Assembly (NCBI GenBank): GCA_050179755.1
Contig: JBFXEV010000001.1
Location: 1,193,994 to 1,257,993, forward strand
Direction of reading: 5' to 3'
Source of the DNA: Candidatus Babeliales bacterium
GTDB taxonomy: Bacteria > Babelota > Babeliae > Babelales > JBFXEV01
Length of the DNA: 64,000 bases
Shown piece by piece: positions 16,691-26,611 of this stretch. Under the pieces are notes generated by a model, which did no database searches, was not told where the DNA came from, and saw only the letters and a list, made by a program, of their open reading frames with translations. The position numbers were made by a program, and so were the translations under genes. Position 1 is the first letter of the stretch. Each line of letters starts with the position of its first letter.

Positions 16691-19678
16691 ATGTCAGAGA
16701 ACAGCAGTACTAAAAAGTCAGAAAATAGCTTTAAAAACAGTCTTAATCTACCGCAGACTGATTTCCCTATTTGGCCTTCTCATGCAGAAATTGACGCTAA
16801 AATGCTCAAAAGATGGCAGGATGAAGGGCTTTATGCTAAAGCTATGGCTTATAATGCTGGTAAGTCCAAGTTTATCCTTAATGATGGCCCGCCTTATTCA
16901 AATGGGCATATTCATTTGGGCCACGCGTATAATAAAATTTTAAAAGATATTTCGTGTAAATCACGCCGCATGGCAGGTCTTCATGTGCCGACCGTCCCCG
17001 TGTGGGATTGCCATGGCTTGCCCATAGAGCTTAAGGTAACTCAAGAGCATCCTGGCTTGACTGGTATTTCTTTTATAGAAGCCTGCAGAATTTATGCTCA
17101 AAAATGGGTGAATATTCAGCGTGATGAATTTAAGAAATTAGGTGTCTTATTCGATTGGGATAATCCTCGCATGACGATGGACTATCCGTATGAGGCGAGC
17201 ATTCTCCGAGCGTTTGGTTCATTTGTAGCGCAAGGTTATATTGAACGTAAATTACGCACGGTGCCATGGTGTTATTCGTGCCAGACTGTGCTTGCAGCGG
17301 CAGAAATTGAATACCAAGAGCGCAAAGACCCTTCAGTGTATGTGCGTTTTCCATTGCCAGATGCTACGATAGCAAAAGCTTTGCCTGAACTTAAAGGTAA
17401 AGCGGTAAGTTTGCTCGTATGGACTACTACGCCGTGGACATTGCCATTAAACCGTGCCGTGCTCATGAAGCCTACTATTGAGTATGCTGTATTAGAGCAT
17501 GAAGGTAACTACTTTGTGGTAGGAGCGTCTCTTGCCGATGCTGTATGCGCCAAGGCTGGATTTGCAAAAAATGTAGTGACCACTGTTACTTCTGCAAATC
17601 TTGCAGGGCAATTGGTGAATCATCCGTTTATTGCGGGGCAACAAGTGCCTATAATTGTTGATACTATGGTAGCAACCGATGAAGGTACTGCATTTGTGCA
17701 TTGCGCGCCAGGATGTGGGCCAGTAGACTATGATGTTGCAGTAAAAAATAAATTAGAAGTATTTTCACCGTTAAGCCCTGACGGCAAATATACCAAGGGC
17801 ATACAGCCAGTTGAGCTTGAGGGCATGTCTATTGATGACGGCCAATGGTGGGTACTCAAAAAACTTGCAGAACTTGGCACTTTATTTGTAAAAGAGTCAG
17901 TGCGCCATTCATACCCTCATTGCTGGCGTTGCCATAAAGGGCTTATGTTTAGGGCAACAAAACAATGGTTTTGTAAGCTAGAGCATAAAAATTTAAAAGG
18001 ACGGGCATTAGAGGTAGTTGAAAATGAGCTTGTATTTATGCCGCCTACGGGCAAGCAATCCTTGCGTGCAACGATAGATACGCGCCTTGAATGGTGCCTT
18101 TCTCGCCAGCGCACTTGGGGCGTGCCTATACCGGGGCTTATCTGTAAAACATGTGATTGCGCTTTTATAAGCAAAGAGCTTATTGAGAAAGTAGCAGAGC
18201 ATGTGGAACACGAGGGCATCAGTTATTGGCAAAAAGTTTCGATTGAGCAATTGACAAATTCGCTTGAATGTAGAGAATGTAAGGGTACCATATTTGAAAA
18301 AGAGGCCGATATTATCGATGTTTGGTTTGAATCAGGTGTAAGCCATTATGCAGTACTTGAAAAAGATCCAATATTGCGGTATCCTGCTGATCTTTACTTA
18401 GAGGGTATAGATCAGTATAGAGCATGGTTCCAAAGCAGTTTGCTCACCAGCTTGGTAGTTGAAGGAACGCCATGCACCAAGGCCTTTTTGGCACATGGTT
18501 TTACCGTTGACGAGAAAGGGCATAAAATGTCTAAGTCTCTTGGCAACGTGGTGGCGCCTGATGATATCACCAAACAGTTGGGCACTGATGGGTTGCGATT
18601 ATGGGTGGCTAGTCTGGATTACGGTGATGATGCGGTAGTGTCTGAAAAGTTAATGAAAAACGTGGCCCAAGTATATCGCAAGGTGAGAAATACTTGTAGA
18701 TTCTTGCTTTCAAACCTTTATGACTTTGACATTACGCGTGATGCAGTTGAGCTTAATAAGTTACAGCTCATTGATCAACATGCGCTTTTGATGCTTTCTC
18801 AGTTTAATGATAGAGTACGCAAAGCATATGAAGATTATAATTTTACGGCAATATTCCATGAATTGGCAGATTATTCGTCAGTGGAATTGAGTGCGTTTTA
18901 TTTAGACGTTATCAAAGATCGTTTATACGTGGAAGATCCTACGGGTCACAAACGGCGATCGGCGCAAACGGCATGCTGGTACATTCTAGATACGTTAACC
19001 AAGCTTATGGCGCCAATTTTGTCATTTGCTGCAGAAGAAGTGTCTGATGAATATCAGAAAAATAAAACTGAATCAATTCACTTGCAGGGATTTGTTAATT
19101 TGGAGCCAGTGGTAAAAGCACTTGTAACGCAAGGGCAAAAAAGGCGTACAGAAAATAAAGGGGAAGTGTTTGATGGTGCTGCATTTATGGCACATCATGA
19201 ACGGCAATGGGAATTATTATTTAAAATAAGATCTCAAGTAATGAAGGCAATTGAAAAACAAAGAGAGTTAGGGATAATAAAACATCCTTTAGAAGTTGCG
19301 TTGACAATACGGTTTAATTTAGCAGAAGAAGAAATGGCTATGCTACAAGAATTTTTGAATGATTTAGAACAAACAGGTCAAAATCCTCAAGACTTTTACA
19401 AAGAGTTTTTCGTGGTATCAGAAGTAGATGATTACTATGATGACGAAGATGAATTTGATGATGAAGAAGATGAGTTTGAGGATGAAGACGAATTTGATGA
19501 CGAAGATGAAGACGAGGACGAAGATTTGTTCTACGATCTTTCTGGTCTAGAAGTACGTGTTGACAGAGCGAGCGGCGATAAATGCCCTCGCTGCTGGCAA
19601 TATGAGGTGACTGATCACGCGCTCAAATTGTGCTCGCGTTGCCAGTGTGTTATGGCCAAGCTTGAGGGTCATGCATAA
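16691..19678 (+). CDS. ileS: Isoleucine--tRNA ligase (type 1) with acidic insertion
   Basis: DGPPY..GHIHLGH, WDCHGLPIE, WTTTPWTLP, SRQRTWG, KMSKS, C-terminal CPRCW...CSRC. Confidence 0.97.
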   Translation: MSENSSTKKSENSFKNSLNLPQTDFPIWPSHAEIDAKMLKRWQDEGLYAKAMAYNAGKSKFILNDGPPYSNGHIHLGHAYNKILKDISCKSRRMAGLHVPTVPVWDCHGLPIELKVTQEHPGLTGISFIEACRIYAQKWVNIQRDEFKKLGVLFDWDNPRMTMDYPYEASILRAFGSFVAQGYIERKLRTVPWCYSCQTVLAAAEIEYQERKDPSVYVRFPLPDATIAKALPELKGKAVSLLVWTTTPWTLPLNRAVLMKPTIEYAVLEHEGNYFVVGASLADAVCAKAGFAKNVVTTVTSANLAGQLVNHPFIAGQQVPIIVDTMVATDEGTAFVHCAPGCGPVDYDVAVKNKLEVFSPLSPDGKYTKGIQPVELEGMSIDDGQWWVLKKLAELGTLFVKESVRHSYPHCWRCHKGLMFRATKQWFCKLEHKNLKGRALEVVENELVFMPPTGKQSLRATIDTRLEWCLSRQRTWGVPIPGLICKTCDCAFISKELIEKVAEHVEHEGISYWQKVSIEQLTNSLECRECKGTIFEKEADIIDVWFESGVSHYAVLEKDPILRYPADLYLEGIDQYRAWFQSSLLTSLVVEGTPCTKAFLAHGFTVDEKGHKMSKSLGNVVAPDDITKQLGTDGLRLWVASLDYGDDAVVSEKLMKNVAQVYRKVRNTCRFLLSNLYDFDITRDAVELNKLQLIDQHALLMLSQFNDRVRKAYEDYNFTAIFHELADYSSVELSAFYLDVIKDRLYVEDPTGHKRRSAQTACWYILDTLTKLMAPILSFAAEEVSDEYQKNKTESIHLQGFVNLEPVVKALVTQGQKRRTENKGEVFDGAAFMAHHERQWELLFKIRSQVMKAIEKQRELGIIKHPLEVALTIRFNLAEEEMAMLQEFLNDLEQTGQNPQDFYKEFFVVSEVDDYYDDEDEFDDEEDEFEDEDEFDDEDEDEDEDLFYDLSGLEVRVDRASGDKCPRCWQYEVTDHALKLCSRCQCVMAKLEGHA

Positions 19679-19693
19679 TGAACGCAAAATTTC

Positions 19694-19735
19694 TTAGCTG
19701 CTAATACAATACTAGTTTATTTGTTAGCAGCTGAG
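19694..19735. terminator. Hairpin between convergent ileS and ankyrin gene
   Basis: AGCTGCTAA...TTAGCAGCT. Confidence 0.55.
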
Positions 19736-19768
19736 TAGATTTTTGTGATTAGAAATTAATTATCATGT

Positions 19769-20494
19769 CTATTCTGAATCCTCTTGTGAGTCTTCATTTC
19801 CTGCCAATTCCTTTTGTGCACGGCGTAATTCCATTAACATATTTGTTCTGCTTAGTGCTGCCGTAGCGGGTGAGTCTTTTTCTTGTGCATCATGTACTTC
19901 TTTTCTGAACATTAATGGCGTTGCTTCAATAGCAGCAGTTAAACATGCTATCATGTCCTCATTTTTTTTTGCCTTTGCGTAATCGAGTGGCGTATTATTG
20001 GCATTATCGTTTGCCTCTTTATCGGCTCCAAAACTCACGAGTGCTTTGGCAATTGTATTTTGTCCGCGAATAACAGCTTCATGCAGGGCAGTCATGCCCA
20101 TACTGTTAGTAGCATCAAGAGCATCAACTTGTGCTGCTTGCACCATAAGAAAATGAGCAATTTTCCCGCGTGCGCGCGAGCTGCCATCATGTGCTGCAAA
20201 ATGCAAGGCTGTTTGCCCTAGTGGTCCTGCCATAGTAAGGCTTGCGTTATGTTGTGTCACTAGCGCTTTTACTGTCTTAAGTTTGCCGGCAATTACCGCT
20301 ATCATAAGTGGCGTGTGCCCTGTAGCATTAAGAGCATCTATTGCTTTTGCATCTTTACTCTGTGCTAAATACTGGCTGATACCATTTAAATCTCCCATTC
20401 TTGCAGCTTCGTGTAATGCAAAATCACTTTGCATGCTATAAAGGGAAAAGACATTCATAAAAAATACAAAGGAAAGCATTATATTTATTTTCAT
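19769..20494 (-). CDS. Secreted ankyrin-repeat protein
   Basis: ALHEAA, GHTPLMIA, GQTALHFAA, GMTALHEAV; signal ending YS-MQ. Confidence 0.9.
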   Translation of the reverse strand: MKINIMLSFVFFMNVFSLYSMQSDFALHEAARMGDLNGISQYLAQSKDAKAIDALNATGHTPLMIAVIAGKLKTVKALVTQHNASLTMAGPLGQTALHFAAHDGSSRARGKIAHFLMVQAAQVDALDATNSMGMTALHEAVIRGQNTIAKALVSFGADKEANDNANNTPLDYAKAKKNEDMIACLTAAIEATPLMFRKEVHDAQEKDSPATAALSRTNMLMELRRAQKELAGNEDSQEDSE

Positions 20495-20581
20495 GAGAGT
20501 GCTTCTTTCTTTTTACTTCATGTTCTAGGCTTGTTAATGTAAATGTATGAAGTTTGCAAGGATACTTTCAAGAGTTGCAAT

Positions 20582-20612
20582 AAAAAAGGGCATCTTACTA
20601 TAAGATGCCCTT
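20582..20612 (-). terminator. Rho-independent terminator of 20633..22960
   Basis: AAGGGCATCTTA-CTA-TAAGATGCCCTT with A-run on its + strand 5' side. Confidence 0.85.
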
Positions 20613-20632
20613 ATAATGGTAATTTAAAATAC

Positions 20633-22960
20633 TTACATTGATTGTGCTATTTCGCCCAACTTTGTATACGCTTTAGTAAGCTTTTTAATCTTCTCTTTAT
20701 CAGCGTTACTTATTGGTAGAGGGATTCCTGGTTGGCCACCTTGGCTGCGTCGTAATGGGTTTGGCGTATCAAGTTCAACAAGGTCTGCAAATACTACATT
20801 TGCATCGCCAGTTACCAGTTGATCTACTATCACTTTCTTAACGTCTTTATTATAACGAGGAAGCACCAACTTTACTGCAGGCTTTTTGGTGTTATCTTCA
20901 ATGCGTTTGACCGTTTCTTCAAGACCTTTGGCCATATCGTCTATAACAGCGCCTGTTTTTGGAGTAATAATACCGCCTGGAGCGCGTATAGTACCTAAAA
21001 GCGATTTATTTGTGAGAGCGATATCTGTTGCTTTGGTGAGTGTCTTTTTCACCGCAGACGGTTCTGAATCAGTGACTGCATAAGCAAGCCTTGTGAGCTC
21101 GCTTTGCAGATTTTCAATGATGTTATTTTTGTTTGCGCCAGCACCAACGCCAAAATAAGCATTTTTTTGTGCATCAGTAAATCCAGCAGGAGCTATTTTG
21201 GTATCCGTGTGTGCAAAGAGCTTTTCAAGATGTCTCTTTAATTGTGCATCATTTAGTATGATTTCATTAAATGATTTTTCAATGCTATCATAATACTTCT
21301 TAAGCTCTTTATCTTTATCATCTTTTAATTTGCCAAGTGCTTCTATGTCTTTGGCAATTTTTGTTGTTATATCTGCAGCTTTTTTTGTGGTGGCTGTCAT
21401 GTGCCCAATATTTACGCCATCGGCTTGCACAACACCTATTGCAGGGCTTGGGAATAATCCGTTCACAGCTACACCAGTAGCAACAGCAGTTGCTTTGAGC
21501 GCTTCAAATTCTGGTTTTAGCTTTGGCGCAAGCATATCAGCAGAAAGCTTTGCTTCTTTAGCTTCATCTTTTTTCTTATCTTTGTCGCCATCTTTTTTAT
21601 CTTTACCATCTTTACTTTTATCGTCTTTTTTACCCGCGCCATCTTTTTTATCCTTGCCGTCTTTCCCTTTATCTTTGCCTTTTGCTTGGTCGGCGGTTAA
21701 TGGCTGCATTCTGCCAGCTTCGCGGTCAAAGTCTGGGTATTCGCGTTTCTCCCAACCAAGCCCTGGCGTTTTTGCGCTAGTCTCTCTGTCTGTTCTTCTA
21801 TCGCCAAATGAAGGCCAATCAAAAATTGGCGGAAGAAATTGAATTGGTTGGCTTGCAACTTTCGCGCGATAATCACGCGCTTCTTTTTCTTTGGCTTCTT
21901 GCGCCTCTTTTAATTTTAAAGCTTCCGGGTCAAATTGGCGGAGTAATTTTTTGGCGTCTTCTATGATCATATGTTTATACACTGCAGTGTGTAGTGCTTG
22001 CAGCAATGCAAGAAACGCTTGGGCGGATGTTTCTTTTTGCTCAATACGTTTATAGGCATCAAAGATTTCATTATAATCTTGCTGTGCAATTTTAAATTGA
22101 GCCTCAAGCTCTGCTGGTGCAAGGCCTTGGCGTTTGAGTTTGTCTTTAATCGCAAATGGATTTTTTTGCGTTGCAAGTTCGGTATAGCGTTTATCTACTT
22201 CTGCTTTTGAAATGTTAGATGTTGCAAAACCAAGAATTTGGTAGGGATCTACAAAATCTATGTCCAGCATTTCCTCTACTTGCACGCGCGGTTCATCTAC
22301 GGATAAGCTTGCATTGAGTGAAACTAAATGATCATAAAAGCTGGCAAATTCAGGTTGTTGTATATATTTTGCAAGATTTTCATCTTGAATCGTGGTTAAA
22401 TAATACGCAATATCATTGAGAATATACTCCCATGGATTTAGTTCTCGCTGCACGGCAGTACGCGTTGCGGCTTTTTGTCTGAGTGATGCAATCTTTGAGA
22501 CAATGGAGCCTAAGAGCGCTTGCACTTGTTTCAGTTTGCTTTTATCAACTTGCATAATCGGCGTCATGGGAGTTGAAGGTTTAGTTGCAACAAGCGGAGC
22601 AGGAGCTTCTTCTTCTGGTGCGGGCGCAGGCATTGCAGCGCGTTCTTTTTCTATTTCTTGTTCTAAATTTTGCATAAATTCTTGCGGCGTACTCTTAATC
22701 ATGGCATCAATGATGTTATCAAGTTCGCCACTTTGCTCCAATTCCTTCATAAGTACATCTAGCTCACCACTTTGTTCCATTTCTTTCATTAATTTTTCTA
22801 TTTCTCCACCAGAAGCTTGGTTCATGTCTTCATACATTTTTGCCCACGCATCAAGATTTTCAGCTTCGGTAGCGGCAAAAGTAATTGAAGAAAAGAGAAG
22901 CATGATACCCAATGGTACAGCGAGTAAAATGCTTGCAATGTGTGAAAATATTTTTTTCAT
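20633..22960 (-). CDS. Large secreted protein with degenerate J-domain and K/D-rich linker
   Basis: Signal peptide; DPYQILGF...KAEVDKRYTELATQKNP...YNEIFDAYKRI; KDGKDKK repeats. Confidence 0.75.
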   Translation of the reverse strand: MKKIFSHIASILLAVPLGIMLLFSSITFAATEAENLDAWAKMYEDMNQASGGEIEKLMKEMEQSGELDVLMKELEQSGELDNIIDAMIKSTPQEFMQNLEQEIEKERAAMPAPAPEEEAPAPLVATKPSTPMTPIMQVDKSKLKQVQALLGSIVSKIASLRQKAATRTAVQRELNPWEYILNDIAYYLTTIQDENLAKYIQQPEFASFYDHLVSLNASLSVDEPRVQVEEMLDIDFVDPYQILGFATSNISKAEVDKRYTELATQKNPFAIKDKLKRQGLAPAELEAQFKIAQQDYNEIFDAYKRIEQKETSAQAFLALLQALHTAVYKHMIIEDAKKLLRQFDPEALKLKEAQEAKEKEARDYRAKVASQPIQFLPPIFDWPSFGDRRTDRETSAKTPGLGWEKREYPDFDREAGRMQPLTADQAKGKDKGKDGKDKKDGAGKKDDKSKDGKDKKDGDKDKKKDEAKEAKLSADMLAPKLKPEFEALKATAVATGVAVNGLFPSPAIGVVQADGVNIGHMTATTKKAADITTKIAKDIEALGKLKDDKDKELKKYYDSIEKSFNEIILNDAQLKRHLEKLFAHTDTKIAPAGFTDAQKNAYFGVGAGANKNNIIENLQSELTRLAYAVTDSEPSAVKKTLTKATDIALTNKSLLGTIRAPGGIITPKTGAVIDDMAKGLEETVKRIEDNTKKPAVKLVLPRYNKDVKKVIVDQLVTGDANVVFADLVELDTPNPLRRSQGGQPGIPLPISNADKEKIKKLTKAYTKLGEIAQSM

Positions 22961-23020
22961 TGATGCCTCGTGCTAAGGTAAGTAGGTAAGTTATACCATC
23001 CGTAAAGGATTGATCTGAGT

Positions 23021-23410
23021 ATGTTTAGTAGTAATTTTACCATAAACCGCTTGTGTAAGCAAAGACAAGCATTTGCTTGCCCAGGATTTCTTTGTATTGA
23101 ATTGCTTCAAGGGTTATTGCTTCTGAGCGTGCTACTGTTGCTTATGAGCGCTTTTCATGTGCTCAGTGTGTATACACAAGAGCAAACGGTGCAACGCTTG
23201 CAAGCATTAGATTATATTGCAAGTGAATTGGTAGGCGCGCATAACATGCCGCAAGATAATGCAATGCGCGTGACGTATAAAGAACACGAGTGTCACGTTA
23301 TAGAGTTTGCTCACATAATGCAAAAGCCGGTATACGTTGTGCAAAAAGAGGTTAAAGCCATGTGGCATGATTCGCGCGGCAAATTGCATAGCATTCGAGT
23401 GGTATCATGA
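23021..23410 (+). CDS. Pilin/pseudopilin-like protein (PilV-like)
   Basis: G-FLCIELL followed by a hydrophobic helix (class III signal, Glu at +5). Confidence 0.55.
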   Translation: MFSSNFTINRLCKQRQAFACPGFLCIELLQGLLLLSVLLLLMSAFHVLSVYTQEQTVQRLQALDYIASELVGAHNMPQDNAMRVTYKEHECHVIEFAHIMQKPVYVVQKEVKAMWHDSRGKLHSIRVVS

Positions 23411-23919
23411 ATAAGCATGTACGTGTTGGTTTTTTTATGACAGAGTTTTTGTTGTATCTTGCTTTGAGCGCATGCTCGGCAATTTTTATTATGCGGTATA
23501 TTTATGGTACGTCAATGCGATTACGCGCAACCACGTTGCAAACTGATCGCATAGCTTCACTTGCTAGTGCACTTGATGCGATTTGCAATGATGTGGTGCA
23601 TGCTCCATGCGCCGTGCATGAATGGCGCACGCTCAATGATCATGAACTTGCTTGGCAACATGGCAACGTGCGTATTGGATGGAAGCTGGAAGACGGTAGC
23701 TTTAAAAGAACGCAACAAACTTATAATTTGCGTAAACAAAAGTGGAAGCGGCAGGTCACGCACATTGCAGTAGAAGACGTTGATGCGGTACAGTATATTC
23801 CGCAGTATCAAGGCAACGCCTTGCGTTTAATGACGATAAAACTTTGTGGCAAGGTGGCGGTTGGTAAAACACATTGTATTGAACGTTCGGTTTTATTACA
23901 ACAAAATGTGGTGATATGA
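23407..23919 (+). CDS. Pilin/pseudopilin-like protein (PilW/GspJ-like)
   Basis: G-FFMTEFLLYLAL class III signal; ATGA overlap. Confidence 0.65.
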   Translation: MNKHVRVGFFMTEFLLYLALSACSAIFIMRYIYGTSMRLRATTLQTDRIASLASALDAICNDVVHAPCAVHEWRTLNDHELAWQHGNVRIGWKLEDGSFKRTQQTYNLRKQKWKRQVTHIAVEDVDAVQYIPQYQGNALRLMTIKLCGKVAVGKTHCIERSVLLQQNVVI

Positions 23920-24338
23920 AGCAAAATCACCCGCAGCAGGGCTCAATGATGTTGCTTGTTGTGGTACTTATGAGTATACTTTTAGTTTTATGTACGCGTA
24001 TGTGGCGATCAACTGCATATAGTGTTGATATTGCAGTGCAAAAACAAATTCATATGCAAAAAAAATGGGCAGTGCAAGGTATATTGAACTGTGGTATAGA
24101 GGCATGTAAAATTGATTTTGAAGCTTTGTATGCAAGAGTAGAAGAACAGGGCGGTGAGCTTACGGTGCCCATTACTTCATATGCCTTTGATGTGCCGCAC
24201 GTTGCACATCTAACTTTTTTATTAACATTTAAAGCGAGCAAACTTAATACATTAGATCTAACGGCACAAATTCTGGAAGATAAAAAACTGATTATACAAA
24301 CATCAACAATTGTTTCTAGAACAAGTATTGTCGCATAA
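23916..24338 (+). CDS. PilX/GspK-like minor pilin
   Basis: QQG-SMMLLVVVLMSILL lacking E5, typical of PilX/GspK; ATGA overlap. Confidence 0.6.
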   Translation: MKQNHPQQGSMMLLVVVLMSILLVLCTRMWRSTAYSVDIAVQKQIHMQKKWAVQGILNCGIEACKIDFEALYARVEEQGGELTVPITSYAFDVPHVAHLTFLLTFKASKLNTLDLTAQILEDKKLIIQTSTIVSRTSIVA

Positions 24339-24402
24339 TGCATCATTATGGTAAGTATAAACCCATTTTACGATCGCACACAATTAAAGCTATACTAAGG
24401 CT

Positions 24403-25002
24403 ATGGCAAAAGAAAATTACCTAATAGAAGGAACTATTTTTATGAATAAGAACTACAAAAAAGTTAAAATGTTAGCTGTTTTATTATTGGGGGGATTTTG
24501 TTTTTCTGCTTATGCAATGAATTCAGAAGAAATTGTTCAAGAATCTCCCTATCAGAAATTAATGAATTCTGCTTGTCAAAATGACAATGATGCTGTTACA
24601 GCATTGTTAGCTCAACATCCAGAGTTAGCAAAAGAAGCTACCTCTACTAACCAAGGAATTGATCCACTTAGATGGGCAGCACATCACGGCAATGTAGATA
24701 TGGCGAAACTATTATTGGCTAAAGGATTTACCTTAAGAAAATCAAATGATGGTGCAACAGCATTTCACTCTGCAGCTTATGAAAAACATCATGAAGTTTT
24801 GGCATTGCTCTTAGATCAAGCAGATGCGTCAGCATTAACAACATTGCTTGCTTCTAAAGCTAAAATTAATCATTTATATTTGACACCTTATGAAGCTGCT
24901 TGTGATCGTATTAATAATCCTTGCGCAGAGTTGCTTGAGCCTAGTGCTGTGCAACAGAGAATCGATGTGCGTGGTGCGCTTGCAGCGGAAAATGCAGAAT
25001 AA
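24403..25002 (+). CDS. Secreted ankyrin-repeat protein
   Basis: PLRWAAHHGNVDMAKLLL, GATAFHSAA; AYA-MN. Likely start 24442. Confidence 0.85.
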   Translation: MAKENYLIEGTIFMNKNYKKVKMLAVLLLGGFCFSAYAMNSEEIVQESPYQKLMNSACQNDNDAVTALLAQHPELAKEATSTNQGIDPLRWAAHHGNVDMAKLLLAKGFTLRKSNDGATAFHSAAYEKHHEVLALLLDQADASALTTLLASKAKINHLYLTPYEAACDRINNPCAELLEPSAVQQRIDVRGALAAENAE

Positions 25003-25072
25003 TACTAATAATGGCATGATGTGTTAGATGTTGGGCTGAAATTGTGGATAATAATATTAAGGAGAAGCTAGT

Positions 25073-26611
25073 ATGAAGAAAAGAATAAGTTTACGCCATC
25101 TTATTTCTATATATTGCCTTGTATATATGCCACTTACTCTTGCTATGGATAGAACAAAAAAGGCACTGATGTTAAAAAAAGTTGGCGAACATGCTCAGCA
25201 TACAACCAATACGTTGCAAATGACGTTGCCAACTTCAGCGCAACCAGAGATAAGCGATTTGCGAGAAGTAAAAGTTTTTAGATTGGTGCGTTATGTTGGA
25301 ACACTTGCTGATGCAATCAATCAATCTCAAGATGGTCAAGGAGTTACTTGCCTTGCAGATAAAATGAGATTGGTGGAAAAGTTGCGCGGCCTTGGGGTAA
25401 CGCAAAATGATGCAGTCGCATTAGACCAAATTGAGCAAGACGTATTGCATGAAGTAGAATCAACACTTATTACTTCAGTTGAAGAAGCGCTTAATTTCAT
25501 ATCTCAAGAATTTGGGGTAGAATTTTCTGATGCAAGTGAAAGCCAAACAGAATTGAACTCTCACAGTACTGAATCTCCAGCACCAAGAGTGATGCGGCAC
25601 AAACCTTTAATTATACAAAAAAAGGATACTCAAATATATAAAGCGCTTGCATCAGGTAATCCTGCTACGCTACAAGAGCTTCTTGCAGGCGGTAATACTC
25701 CTGAATTAGACCCTAAAAGATGTACTATTGAGGGTGGCAATGGCGATACGCCGTTATTTTGGGTGCTTGATCCTGAGCTTAAAATTTCTACACAAGCAAG
25801 AAAAGAGATGATTGACTTGCTTTTGGCAGAACGTGTGAGTATTGCCAAAGTTAATGATAATGGTCACACCGTAGTGCATGAGGCGATCTTGAGTGAGCAT
25901 CCCGAAGTTGCTGCATTGTTTCCTTATTTATTTGAAAAAGAAATGACTGAAGGTCTTATTAACCTTCAAGGTCAAACGCCGCTCCATGTGGCAGTTGCAC
26001 AAGGCCTAGTTGATAAAGTGCAGTATATTCTTTCATTGCGCACATCTGCGTTGGAGGAACCTGATTTTGAAAATCAAACGCCGTTACAAGTAGCTTTCAA
26101 TAAACATTTGCCTTCAAAAGATAAATTGGTGATAGCGCATGCATTAATTGAAGCAGGAGCTAATATGGAAGTTACTAATGCAGAAGGCGTGCCACTCATT
26201 TTTGATGTAGTCAATCGGGTAGATCTTGCGGGTGTAGAATTACTTCTCGGGCATGGGGCAAATTGCAGGAGTGTTAATTTACAAAATCATACGTTGTTGG
26301 AATTTGCTCAAGCAAAAATTGGCAAAACAGAAAAACCAGAAGTTGCCCAAAGAATATATGATGTTATAAAGGAATATGTTGAGGGTAAAAGGTTGCCAAG
26401 CTTTTTAAAAGTTGAGGCATCAAAATCGGCTGCTGCAAGCCCTTATGTGAGCATTACTGTTCCTGCAAGCTTACAAGGTCAAGTTGATATGCAAAAATTT
26501 AGAGAAAATATTATACGTGCTTTTGTAACACCGGGCCAAGATGGTGCTTCGTTACTGCAAAAAATGTTAGTTGCATCATTGAATGAAAATAAGGAAGAAT
26601 CACATGAATAA
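25073..26611 (+). CDS. Secreted ankyrin-repeat protein
   Basis: GDTPLFW, GHTVVHEA, GQTPLHVAV; TLA-MD. Confidence 0.88.
   Translation: MKKRISLRHLISIYCLVYMPLTLAMDRTKKALMLKKVGEHAQHTTNTLQMTLPTSAQPEISDLREVKVFRLVRYVGTLADAINQSQDGQGVTCLADKMRLVEKLRGLGVTQNDAVALDQIEQDVLHEVESTLITSVEEALNFISQEFGVEFSDASESQTELNSHSTESPAPRVMRHKPLIIQKKDTQIYKALASGNPATLQELLAGGNTPELDPKRCTIEGGNGDTPLFWVLDPELKISTQARKEMIDLLLAERVSIAKVNDNGHTVVHEAILSEHPEVAALFPYLFEKEMTEGLINLQGQTPLHVAVAQGLVDKVQYILSLRTSALEEPDFENQTPLQVAFNKHLPSKDKLVIAHALIEAGANMEVTNAEGVPLIFDVVNRVDLAGVELLLGHGANCRSVNLQNHTLLEFAQAKIGKTEKPEVAQRIYDVIKEYVEGKRLPSFLKVEASKSAAASPYVSITVPASLQGQVDMQKFRENIIRAFVTPGQDGASLLQKMLVASLNENKEESHE

Noticed and set aside
22416..22976. 186-aa + strand ORF (also 21330..21842)
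   Set aside because: Antisense shadows of 20633..22960.
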